Shown piece by piece: positions 39,009-48,111 of a stretch of DNA of 64,000 bases. Positions within the stretch are counted from its first letter, which is position 1. Every line of letters begins with the position of its first letter. The stretch is from Bacteriovoracaceae bacterium (GTDB taxonomy: Bacteria; Bdellovibrionota; Bacteriovoracia; Bacteriovoracales; Bacteriovoracaceae). The stretch covers positions 1-64,000 of the forward strand of contig JBFGZE010000006.1 of assembly GCA_041586955.1 (NCBI GenBank), read 5' to 3'. A program made the position numbers and the translations under genes. Under the pieces are notes generated by a model. It saw only the letters and a list, made by a program, of their open reading frames with translations. It ran no database searches and was not told the origin of the DNA.

Positions 39009-40400
39009 TTGGGTATCTCATTTGGTTCTATTGCCACTGGGCTCCCCAAGGATATTGTAAAGCAAATCCTTGAGGCCGAAAAAATTCCTGTGAAGAAGAT
39101 GGAGCAACGAAAGGCCAAGACTCAGTCAAAACAGAAATTAGTCACAGAGCTAATAGGTCTCGTTGAGGGCATAAGAGGAAATATCAATAAAACAGGTGAT
39201 GCTAGGTCCCTGCGCGAATTTAGAATTGATACCAATACAGATATTATAGACGTTACTGCAGATAAAAATATTGCCGAGCCTGGTCAATACCAATTTGAAG
39301 TCAAACAATTGGCACAAAAATCATCCGCGATGAGTTCCGGCTTCGAATCCAAGGAGGATTCCTATCTCGGAGTGGGTTTTATTAATTTCACTTTGCCCAA
39401 TGGTGAAAAAAAAGAGATTTACGTCGATTCAGATAATTCGTCTCTTGAAAAAGTTGCGAAAATGATTAATCAAGATTCAGACTTAGGAGTACGTGCCAAT
39501 GTCATTAATGATGGCAATAATGGTGATAAGCCCTGGCATTTATTACTATCTCTTAAAGATACGGGTGATATTAACAAGGCCGAATTTCCTTATTTTTACT
39601 TTGTAGATGGGGAAGAAGACTTTTATATCGAATACGAAAGAGAAGCGCAGAATGCCATTGTCAAATTGGATGGATTTGAGGTCGCTCTTCCCAATAATAA
39701 GGCCAATGATCTAATTCCAGGTCTCACCATCGACCTTTTAAAAGCAGCCCCCGGCGAAGAGTTTACCATTAAAATTGGTGAAGACGTTGAGGCAATTGGC
39801 AAAAAGGTTTCGGACTTAATCGAATCAATCAATCAAGTTTTAAGCTTTATCAAAGAACAAAATACTCTCGATGAGAATAGCGATACCTCCCAAACATTAG
39901 GAGGCGATATCGTATTGCAATCACTGGAGGGGCGGATTCGCACGACGGTGTTCAAACCAGTTCAAACCTCAAAAGGGATGTTCCGTATAGGAGACCTTGG
40001 TGTCAACTTCCAAAAAGATGGTTCCCTTAAGCTTGATGAGAAAAAATTCGATAGCATGATTGCTTCAAATTATACTGCTTTTAGTCAGGTTCTAACCGGT
40101 TACTTTGGACCCGAGGGAAAAACAAAGGGTTTTGTCGATAATATTAAGGAGATGGTTAATAATTCTTTACGCTATCCTGATGGCCTTCTTGTTTCAAGAA
40201 AAAGAACTGTTCAAAGTAAAATTGATGAAGTTGATCGGCGGATCGAGCAAAAGGAAAAATACTTAGAACAAAAAGAACAAAATTTAAAATCGAAATTTGC
40301 AAGACTTGAAGAAACTATATCTCGAATTAAATCACAAGGAGCTGGAGTTGCCGCAATTGGAGGCGGCGCTGGAGCTAATCCGGTTACCCAACTAGGATAA
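39009..40400 (+). CDS. fliD: flagellar filament cap protein
   Basis: MGISFGSIATGLP N-terminus, VKQLAQ, AQNA.VKLDG, LIPGLTIDL, C-terminal coiled coil. TTG start after AGGAGG. Confidence 0.93.
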   Translation: MGISFGSIATGLPKDIVKQILEAEKIPVKKMEQRKAKTQSKQKLVTELIGLVEGIRGNINKTGDARSLREFRIDTNTDIIDVTADKNIAEPGQYQFEVKQLAQKSSAMSSGFESKEDSYLGVGFINFTLPNGEKKEIYVDSDNSSLEKVAKMINQDSDLGVRANVINDGNNGDKPWHLLLSLKDTGDINKAEFPYFYFVDGEEDFYIEYEREAQNAIVKLDGFEVALPNNKANDLIPGLTIDLLKAAPGEEFTIKIGEDVEAIGKKVSDLIESINQVLSFIKEQNTLDENSDTSQTLGGDIVLQSLEGRIRTTVFKPVQTSKGMFRIGDLGVNFQKDGSLKLDEKKFDSMIASNYTAFSQVLTGYFGPEGKTKGFVDNIKEMVNNSLRYPDGLLVSRKRTVQSKIDEVDRRIEQKEKYLEQKEQNLKSKFARLEETISRIKSQGAGVAAIGGGAGANPVTQLG

Positions 40401-40416
40401 CCATTTGGAGGAAGGC

Positions 40417-40815
40417 ATGAGTTACGGACTGGGAGCTTATAAAAAGACATCTATCCACACTGCTAGCAAAGAGCAAATACTCTTAATGCTATATCAAGCC
40501 GCAATTAAAAATTGCAAAAAAGGCATGGAGGCCATAGAGGCAAACGATATCCCAAAAAAGGGTGAGTATATAGGAAAACTTCAGGATATTGTTATTGAGC
40601 TAAATAACTCCCTAGACTTTGAGATTGGTGGTGAGGTTGCTAAAGAATTATCCTCACTCTATGACTATATTTTGTTCGCTAGTACACAGGCCAATATCAA
40701 AATTGATAAGGAACCATTAGACGGCTGCCTTAATGTTCTTAAAACACTCTATCATGGATGGAGCGAGGCGATTAAATCTCTGAAAGATACCCCTAATAAA
40801 GTGGAGCAAAAATGA
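40417..40815 (+). CDS. fliS: flagellin export chaperone
   Basis: AYKKTSIHTASKEQILLMLY, ELNNSLDFEIGGEVAKELSSLYDY. Start moved to ATG 40417. Confidence 0.95.
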   Translation: MSYGLGAYKKTSIHTASKEQILLMLYQAAIKNCKKGMEAIEANDIPKKGEYIGKLQDIVIELNNSLDFEIGGEVAKELSSLYDYILFASTQANIKIDKEPLDGCLNVLKTLYHGWSEAIKSLKDTPNKVEQK

Positions 40816-41210
40816 ATCAATTAAATTTTTTATTAATTTCGTATTGTAATTTATTGGATCAATTAATTTCATCCTCAGATAAAATTCGTCATTACGCGAG
40901 CACACAAGATACAGATCAGTTAATTTTAGGGCTGGATAATAGAGATAGACTTTTCAAAGTACTCAACGAATTCCAAAGCATCACGGAAAATCTTTTGAAA
41001 TCACTTACTGAAAACGAGCTCGAAGAAATGAGTGATATTATCGGAAGATGGGAGTGTGATACGAATAGAGCAATGGCCCAAGTCGATATGATTAATATTG
41101 AAATCGTCTCTATACTCGAAGAAAGTAAGCACCAAACGCAAAAAAAAATGGCTGAGATCTACACCAACAGAGTGAAATTAAATGGTTACAACCTTAAAAG
41201 CCTTCGATAG
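40812..41210 (+). CDS. FliT-like helical flagellar chaperone
   Basis: Position after fliD-fliS, size, and LDNRDRLF helix. Confidence 0.55.
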   Translation: MNQLNFLLISYCNLLDQLISSSDKIRHYASTQDTDQLILGLDNRDRLFKVLNEFQSITENLLKSLTENELEEMSDIIGRWECDTNRAMAQVDMINIEIVSILEESKHQTQKKMAEIYTNRVKLNGYNLKSLR

Positions 41211-41245
41211 CCTGACCGTTTAAATTAGTCGGCATTTAAATCCCA

Positions 41246-41303
41246 TTGACAAAAATCCCCTCCCGCCATGAGAATAGTAGAAGGGGCAATGAATGCCCTT
41301 CTA
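41246..41303 (+). promoter_or_regulatory. putative sigma70 promoter followed by a hairpin upstream of the maf-like gene
   Basis: TTGACA-18 nt-GAGAAT at 41246-41275. Inverted repeat TAGAAGGGGCA/TGCCCTTCTA at 41278-41303, which could also terminate fliDST. Confidence 0.45.
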
Positions 41304-41328
41304 TTTAATGACACCTTAAGGATGAGGT

Positions 41329-41985
41329 ATGGCAGATCATAATTCTTTTACTAAAAGTAATTCTCTCGAAATAGTTTACTCAAAAAAGGGACTCCCCATC
41401 CCTAAGCTTGAAGATATCTTCATCCACTCGCAATATGACCCTGAAAAGGAAGCAGAAACTTTCATTAATCAACATTTAAAAAATAATGACAATCATAATT
41501 TTTTATTATTAGGACTAGGGTTTGGGTATCACTTAGAGAATCTTTGTCAAAGACTGGCCCAAAGAAAAACGTCATATAAGGTTATCGTGATTGAGCCTTC
41601 AGTCGAACTATTTGAAAATTACAAAACACTAAGAGGAAATTTTCCTCAGAACGTCGAATTTCACGTCGGCATTAATATAGAAACTCTTTACCATAACAAA
41701 AATATTATTGAGTTTTTAACCCAAAAACCATCTGTGATTGCCCAACCGCAACTACTGCAAATATTTAATCATTATTTTCAAGAGTTACTCACATATAAGG
41801 GAGGCACTACAATTAAAAGCATTACTCCCCTTATTAATGATGACGAAGTAAGACAATATTTTTCAGAATTTCATGAATTAACGGACTTATTTAAACTACC
41901 AGAAATTATTAAACAACAAAATGAAATTCTATGTAAAGAAGACTTTATTCCACTAATCATAGAAAGCTTAAACGTACAGCAATAA
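41329..41985 (+). CDS. motility-associated factor (Maf/DUF115-type) N-terminal-domain protein
   Basis: IHSQYDPEKEA, LLGLGFGYHL and VIVIEP motifs typical of Maf N-termini. The catalytic GPSL-containing domain is absent. Confidence 0.65.
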   Translation: MADHNSFTKSNSLEIVYSKKGLPIPKLEDIFIHSQYDPEKEAETFINQHLKNNDNHNFLLLGLGFGYHLENLCQRLAQRKTSYKVIVIEPSVELFENYKTLRGNFPQNVEFHVGINIETLYHNKNIIEFLTQKPSVIAQPQLLQIFNHYFQELLTYKGGTTIKSITPLINDDEVRQYFSEFHELTDLFKLPEIIKQQNEILCKEDFIPLIIESLNVQQ

Positions 41986-41994
41986 GAGGAAATT

Positions 41995-43641
41995 ATGAAT
42001 AAAATACTTCTCATCAACCTCAAAGAGAATAATGACTTTTTCGCATCGACTCGTATCATTAGCGCCATTAAAAATGAATATCCAAATAGCTCGATCACTT
42101 TCTTAACACTAGATTCGCTACAAGACGAGGCCAATATCCTAGATAATATCGACCATATTATCACCTTCGAAAAGAAAAAGCTTATCTCGATCCTCAATAG
42201 CCAAATTTACAACAAGGGATTTGCAGTAAATTTGTTGAGTGACTTCTTATCACAGGTAAACTCACAGCCTTGGTCAAAAATAATCAATTATAATAACGAT
42301 TATCTTAGTACCTATATCACAAGCTATCTTAAGCTAGGCCAATCCGAAAACGCTGACACGGTAGGAGGTGTTCTCAATAAGTCTTTTTCCCTACAGGCCG
42401 AAACCGCATTTGAGGCCTATTATAATGGACCTTACACCAAGTCTGCGAATGCCTCATTTTGCCAAAACGACATTGTCCTTAATTTACTTTCAGTGAAAAA
42501 CAATTTAACAACACCCGGTTTAAAATGTAATCCTGAACATGAACGAATTGCATACCACAACTTCCAGAAGCTTCGTGCATTAGAGGGGAACCCTAATGTT
42601 AAAATTATTGGCATTAAAATAAAAAGTTCTAATATAGAGACGGATATCTCGACCAAAACGATCGTCGATGCCCTTAACCTTATTTTAGATAATCCTGATT
42701 TCTTTCCTGTCATTTTAATTGAACCTAGAGAAGAAGAACGACTGGCAGCGAATGAAATTAATCAATTTTTTGACAACTCTCTAGTCACAATTGAAGCTGA
42801 TATTATTGCTCTTCCTTCAGTGATCAACAACTTAGATTTATTGATTACGCCAGAAACAAAAACAAAGCAAATTTCATCCTTGTTCAACGTACCGACTATT
42901 GAGCTTCACACCAAACCGAAAGACTTTTATAAGCATTTTAACTACCAAGAAAATCTGATCATTATCTTTTCCAAGACATCTGACATAGAAGGAAAATATA
43001 TATACGATGCCATTTGCGATTTACTGTTTCAAAAAACCATCAATTGGGGACAACACAAGAATATACATTGCTTTCGACCTGTCAGAGATGAGCTTGGTTT
43101 AATATTATTACCACTTAATCAAGAGCAAATGCCTATCTCTTCAGAAATAAGAAGAATTTTATCTCGTATCTGCCTAGCAAAATTCAATAATATTCAAATT
43201 GACACGAAAGTACACTTTGACCATTTAAATAATTATCAGCACAATTTGCGAATAATGAGTCAAGAAAAAGAAAAGCTTGCAGCACTTACGCGTCACCTAT
43301 TAAAGGCGTTGCGAATGCTGGTAAGACCTCCAGAGCAAATAGTAAATCCCGACACTCACCTAGAAGAGACATTGAAAGAAATTTTAGAGTTTGAAGGACC
43401 TGACAAGTCTATCGCAGGGATCTGCTCTTCACTATTTAAGATATATGCGAATAAATACCTTATTCATACTGCCGCCGATTCAACCAACGCTATCGAAAAA
43501 GAGTTATTCGTTCTAAAACGATATGTGCAAATTAGTTTTGAAGTTATTAAGCACTTTGAGTCCTATTGCCTAGACGTCAAAAATACAAATCTTATTAATA
43601 ACGTAAAAACTAAATCGAGTGAATTAAGAGCGAGTTATTAG
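41995..43641 (+). CDS. degenerate glycosyltransferase family 9 (heptosyltransferase-like) protein
   Basis: ISAIKNEYPNSSITFL, IDHIITF and LDLLIT..VPTI segments. Collinear with the downstream GT9 paralog. Confidence 0.65.
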   Translation: MNKILLINLKENNDFFASTRIISAIKNEYPNSSITFLTLDSLQDEANILDNIDHIITFEKKKLISILNSQIYNKGFAVNLLSDFLSQVNSQPWSKIINYNNDYLSTYITSYLKLGQSENADTVGGVLNKSFSLQAETAFEAYYNGPYTKSANASFCQNDIVLNLLSVKNNLTTPGLKCNPEHERIAYHNFQKLRALEGNPNVKIIGIKIKSSNIETDISTKTIVDALNLILDNPDFFPVILIEPREEERLAANEINQFFDNSLVTIEADIIALPSVINNLDLLITPETKTKQISSLFNVPTIELHTKPKDFYKHFNYQENLIIIFSKTSDIEGKYIYDAICDLLFQKTINWGQHKNIHCFRPVRDELGLILLPLNQEQMPISSEIRRILSRICLAKFNNIQIDTKVHFDHLNNYQHNLRIMSQEKEKLAALTRHLLKALRMLVRPPEQIVNPDTHLEETLKEILEFEGPDKSIAGICSSLFKIYANKYLIHTAADSTNAIEKELFVLKRYVQISFEVIKHFESYCLDVKNTNLINNVKTKSSELRASY

Positions 43642-43794
43642 ATGGAAAAATTAATTGTAAAAGTTATCGAAGAAAAAACAAAGTGCGAGTCACTTCTCAC
43701 GAACGACCCTACCAATTTTGATATCACAAAGTACTTAAGCTTATTACTCATGGAAGAGGATATTGCAGATGAAAGAAGCGCTACAAATAACTGA
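43642..43794 (+). CDS. small hypothetical protein (50 aa)
   Basis: ATG immediately after the upstream TAG. Translates to MEKLIVKVIEEKTKCESLLTNDPTNFDITKYLSLLLMEEDIADERSATNN. Overlaps the next start. Confidence 0.45.
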   Translation: MEKLIVKVIEEKTKCESLLTNDPTNFDITKYLSLLLMEEDIADERSATNN

Positions 43795-45454
43795 AGTCGA
43801 CAATGATAATATCATCGTACCTGCTCCCAAGAAATTGGCGATTATCCAGCTCTCACGCTTAGGAGACCTTGTCCAGACATGCATTTCAATGGAAGGACTT
43901 AAAACCAGTAATCCTGATATCCAAACAACGTTATTTGCACGAAAAAAGTTTGCCCGCCCATTAATGTTTATATTGAAAGATTTTTTCGACGAAATTATTT
44001 TACTTCCAAATCTTAATGAGGCCAAAGATACTATAGATGGTCATCGCTTGCTTTTAGATTCTTTAAATCAAGTTAAAAACACCACGTTTAATGCCTGCAT
44101 TAATTTATCATACTCAAAGTCCTCAGGCTGGCTCACGACATTTTTAAAAAGTAATTACAAACTAGGGTTGAGCTACAATACTGACGGAGAAGTCATTATT
44201 CCCGATAAGTGGTCTCAGTATATATACTCAGTCGTTATGCGCGGCACTTTCAACAAAATCAATCTTGTTAATATTTTTCAAAAAATAATTGGCACTAATG
44301 CGGAACCAAGGGTCATTACTAACCCGAATAATAATTATAATCGAATTACAATCAATCCATTTTCCTCCTCCGAAAAGAAAAATTGGAAGCCTAATAAATG
44401 GGTGGAAATCATATTTAAAATTGCAAAAAAGCACCGTGAAAAAACCGTTGCCATAATTGGCGGAAAAAATGATCGCCATATGGCAAAGGTAATTGAAGAA
44501 AGCCCAATCCTTGCACCATTTAGATCTCGAATCAATTTTCATGTTGGCAATACTCTTCAAGAAAATTCCCAGATTATTAAATCCTCAGATTTAATAATCT
44601 CTCATGACTCTCTTACTGCTCATATGGCCTCCTTTTACAAAAGGCCCAATATAATCATCTCATTGGGCACAGTACGAGTAGAAGAAACAGCGCCTTTTCT
44701 TGAGAACTCTTTTCTTATCTCTCCCACAACCAATTGCTTCCCCTGCTTTCCCAATGATCAATGTAGCGACTACAAGTGTCATGCGGATGTCAGCTATCAA
44801 TTGGTTTCGGAAGTAATCGATCGAGTACTAAATGAGACAAGTATGGAAAACGTATCATTTAAGGACTTACCTGTTTTCCTTACCAGTAGCGCCCAAGTTT
44901 TTAAAACTAAATTTTCAAGTGAAGGCCTTCTGACAACAACTTCCATGACAGAAACGACTCTCAAGGCGAAAAATCTTTTTGGCAGCCTTTTACGAGTTGC
45001 GACGCTATTTCTTCATCAAAATATTGAAGAGACAATTCCTTTTCCAAGAATATCCAGAGAACTCCATCAAGACTTTTTACAAACACTCCTTGGGCTACAG
45101 CATCTCTATGAACTTGCTGAGTTTGGAAAGAAATATTCCCGTTTCATTTTAGAAGAGGTCACCAAGACAACACCTAATCTCGTCGAAATAAAAAGCTACT
45201 CCACTAAAATTGATGAAATCGATCACCTCCAAAATCTTTTAAGTAAAACCTACTCCCTGCTTATTCCTGTCATAGAGATACACACTGTTAAAAAAGCAAA
45301 TCTTATAGGCAATAATATTGTCGAATTAACAGAGAGCTCATTTTGGTGTTATGACCAATGCTCAAAAATGTGTAGCATTTTATATGACCTGATCGAAAAT
45401 ACCTTGGCCGAATCAAAACATAACCTGGCCCAGAGTAGGACCCCGGAAGTATAA
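43769..45454 (+). CDS. glycosyltransferase family 9 (ADP-heptose heptosyltransferase-like) with C-terminal extension
   Basis: IQLSRLGDL, PFSS..KKNW, IISHDSLTAHMA and CFPC..C...C motifs. Start at ATG 43769 after GAGGA. Confidence 0.85.
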   Translation: MKEALQITEVDNDNIIVPAPKKLAIIQLSRLGDLVQTCISMEGLKTSNPDIQTTLFARKKFARPLMFILKDFFDEIILLPNLNEAKDTIDGHRLLLDSLNQVKNTTFNACINLSYSKSSGWLTTFLKSNYKLGLSYNTDGEVIIPDKWSQYIYSVVMRGTFNKINLVNIFQKIIGTNAEPRVITNPNNNYNRITINPFSSSEKKNWKPNKWVEIIFKIAKKHREKTVAIIGGKNDRHMAKVIEESPILAPFRSRINFHVGNTLQENSQIIKSSDLIISHDSLTAHMASFYKRPNIIISLGTVRVEETAPFLENSFLISPTTNCFPCFPNDQCSDYKCHADVSYQLVSEVIDRVLNETSMENVSFKDLPVFLTSSAQVFKTKFSSEGLLTTTSMTETTLKAKNLFGSLLRVATLFLHQNIEETIPFPRISRELHQDFLQTLLGLQHLYELAEFGKKYSRFILEEVTKTTPNLVEIKSYSTKIDEIDHLQNLLSKTYSLLIPVIEIHTVKKANLIGNNIVELTESSFWCYDQCSKMCSILYDLIENTLAESKHNLAQSRTPEV

Positions 45455-45554
45455 GACCCAGCACCATGCTCAGGTATTCAAATAAATTCTTACCATTTGC
45501 TCAAGAGGCGAATCGCTAATTGCTGGAATCAAAAAAGAGTTCTAAAATGGCCCA

Positions 45555-46865
45555 ATGAATCAAGGCCAAGCTTTTTTAAATCATAAAAAAAACACTACTG
45601 GACTACCTTCAGGATGGTCTTCCGCAAATACTCAATTTCTCAGTAAGGTTTCGGAAAAGCATTTCCCTATAAGTAACTCTTCTCATTTAGACCTCATTTT
45701 AAGTAGCATCACGGATAGTAAAACAACAAGCCTCTTTACAAGAAAATTGAATGCAGACATTAGTTACATCTATCATATAAAGGGGAACCAGAGGGCCTAT
45801 TATCGGGACCATCACAAAAAGATTCGTTATATCGAAGTCGCTGATTTTCTAAAAATATTTAACTCACTCAGAAAAAATAAACAAGAGCAGGTTCAACTAT
45901 CTTCGCCACAATTTAAAGCTCTTAGTCTTTCTGGTCACGGTTATTTTCACTTTACTTCCAATGCGTCAGTAAAATCGATCATATTTATCCATCGCAATGA
46001 TCTTTTTTCCTTCAGCGATGATGAATTGAATAGATTCAAAACGCTTAGGTTTTTTCTCCACTTTAAATTTAATCTCGATATTATTAAACATACCCTGGAT
46101 CAGGAGAAAAAAATTGATCTTCATATCAGTGACTTTTTCTTACAACTTAAAGATGATTGTCAGGCCTCCCAACTTGTCAGCTTATATCACCATCACAAGT
46201 TTGGAATTTTAAATGAACTACTTAATACTTTAAATCACGAGCTAAAAAACCCTTTATTTGGAATTAGACTATCCCTTGAACTTTTGAAAACACTGTCTTC
46301 AGGAGATGACCAGGCCTTTCTAGATCAAATGCTTAATAATGTTGAAAAATGTAACGATATTTTTCGCAATTTTGGCAAATCATTTTCAAAGGAAAGAAAA
46401 AGTTTAAAACGGGACCCTCTTACCATTCTAGAAGATGTATTATCCTTGTTAAAAAGCTCATTAAAGGGAATAAAGGTTAAAGTTGAAATATGCGATCAAT
46501 GCAAAAACAAAAACCTAAAAATTAAATCGTTTGAAATATCCCAAATTCTTACCAACCTTATTTTGAATAGTGCCCAATCTTTGCAACAAACAAATCAAGC
46601 AGGTAAGATTCTTATCAAAATTACATCCAATGACCAAAAATCCATTTCCTTCCAGGTTTATGATAATGGCCCTGGTATTCTCAGCAATAGCCATAAAGAT
46701 ATATTTAAATCTTTCTATACCACTAAAAGTGAAGGTACAGGTATTGGCCTTACAATCTGCAATGAAATGGCAAAATCCGTAGGCGGGACATTTTACTTAA
46801 AAAAATCCAATCATGAAGAAACTATTTTCACCTGCGATATCCCTTATGAAAATCTTATTAATTGA
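45555..46865 (+). CDS. cytoplasmic sensor histidine kinase
   Basis: HELKNPL H-box, NLILNS N-box, DNGPGI, FYTTK and GTGIGL. No TM segment. Confidence 0.9.
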   Translation: MNQGQAFLNHKKNTTGLPSGWSSANTQFLSKVSEKHFPISNSSHLDLILSSITDSKTTSLFTRKLNADISYIYHIKGNQRAYYRDHHKKIRYIEVADFLKIFNSLRKNKQEQVQLSSPQFKALSLSGHGYFHFTSNASVKSIIFIHRNDLFSFSDDELNRFKTLRFFLHFKFNLDIIKHTLDQEKKIDLHISDFFLQLKDDCQASQLVSLYHHHKFGILNELLNTLNHELKNPLFGIRLSLELLKTLSSGDDQAFLDQMLNNVEKCNDIFRNFGKSFSKERKSLKRDPLTILEDVLSLLKSSLKGIKVKVEICDQCKNKNLKIKSFEISQILTNLILNSAQSLQQTNQAGKILIKITSNDQKSISFQVYDNGPGILSNSHKDIFKSFYTTKSEGTGIGLTICNEMAKSVGGTFYLKKSNHEETIFTCDIPYENLIN

Positions 46866-47211
46866 AGACGAAAAGCTAATCCAAATGTCCCTGAAGATGA
46901 TTTTGGAAAAAAATGGTGCACAAGTGGACACATCAAGTGATGGGAAAAGTGCCATAAGACTTTTGCAGGCCAATGAATATGATCGAATCATTTGTGACTT
47001 AATGCTTCAAGATATCTCAGGATTTGATATTCTTGAAGAGGCCAAGAAAAAATATTCAATTAAACAAATCTCTGATAAATTTATCATCATTACAGCATAT
47101 AGCTCACCTCAAATAACTGAGCGTGTTAAAGCTTGGGGCTGTCTTTTAATTCCGAAGCCATTCGACGATATGAATAACGTTATCAATACCTTCTTAGGGA
47201 GAGCTCTTTGA
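46846..47211 (+). CDS. single-domain response regulator (CheY-like)
   Basis: ILLIEDE, IICDLML phosphoacceptor, ITAY and KPF motifs. Confidence 0.9.
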   Translation: MKILLIEDEKLIQMSLKMILEKNGAQVDTSSDGKSAIRLLQANEYDRIICDLMLQDISGFDILEEAKKKYSIKQISDKFIIITAYSSPQITERVKAWGCLLIPKPFDDMNNVINTFLGRAL

Positions 47212-48110
47212 AAAAAAAGTATAAGTTTAAAAAAGTTGGAATTTTCCTAAAACCTCATTCGGTTCCTAGTTTCAATATTATCATCCCCAATATTTCCAAA
47301 TGGCTTCATAATAGAGGCATTAATATTTATTTTAAGGAAGAAGAGGGGCCTCGACTAAAAAAAATATTTAAAACTCTCCCTAGCAATGTCTATTTACTTA
47401 ACGAAGAAAAGATCCATAAGGAAACGGATCTAATCATTACATTTGGGGGTGATGGCACCCTTATTGGTGCGGCAAGAAAATCAAGACGAAATTCGCCACC
47501 ACTTTTCGGCGTCAATATGGGCAACCTCGGTTTTATTACCGAGTTTTCTAAAAATGAGTATATCGATTATTTAGACATTATTCTAAAAGGGGATTACCAA
47601 AAATCGAAAGTAAATTTATTTAAAGTAGAAATTATCCGCCGAGAAAAGAAAGTTGCTCAGGCCTATTTTTTAAATGACGCTGTTTTTAGCAAGAATGATA
47701 TTTCGCGCATCTTTTCTCTTTCCGTATCGAGTCAGGATGAGCCAATCTTTAATTTGTCCGGCGATGGTTTAATTATTAGTTCCCCCCTAGGCTCCACCGC
47801 CTATTCTCTCGCTGCAGGTGGACCAATTGTTCATCCCAATGCTAACTCCCTAATATTAAATCCTATTTGCCCGCATGTTTTAACTATGCGCCCAATCGTA
47901 TTGCCAGATAAATATAAGGTAAAAGTAAAAATCCCCCCGGAGTCGAAATCAGTAATCCTTACCCTCGATGGCCAAGAGGCCTTCAATTTAGAAACAAGAG
48001 ATATTATCCAAATATCTAAAAGTATGACTCGCTATTTTTATTTGATAAAAAATCCTGAAAAACGTTACTTTCACACCTTAAAAGAAAAATTTACTTTGGG
48101 GAGACGATAA
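47208..48110 (+). CDS. nadK: NAD kinase
   Basis: GGDGT, NMGNLGF, LND, GDGLII and GSTAYSLAAGGP motifs. Confidence 0.96.
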   Translation: MKKKYKFKKVGIFLKPHSVPSFNIIIPNISKWLHNRGINIYFKEEEGPRLKKIFKTLPSNVYLLNEEKIHKETDLIITFGGDGTLIGAARKSRRNSPPLFGVNMGNLGFITEFSKNEYIDYLDIILKGDYQKSKVNLFKVEIIRREKKVAQAYFLNDAVFSKNDISRIFSLSVSSQDEPIFNLSGDGLIISSPLGSTAYSLAAGGPIVHPNANSLILNPICPHVLTMRPIVLPDKYKVKVKIPPESKSVILTLDGQEAFNLETRDIIQISKSMTRYFYLIKNPEKRYFHTLKEKFTLGRR

Positions 48111-48111
48111 A

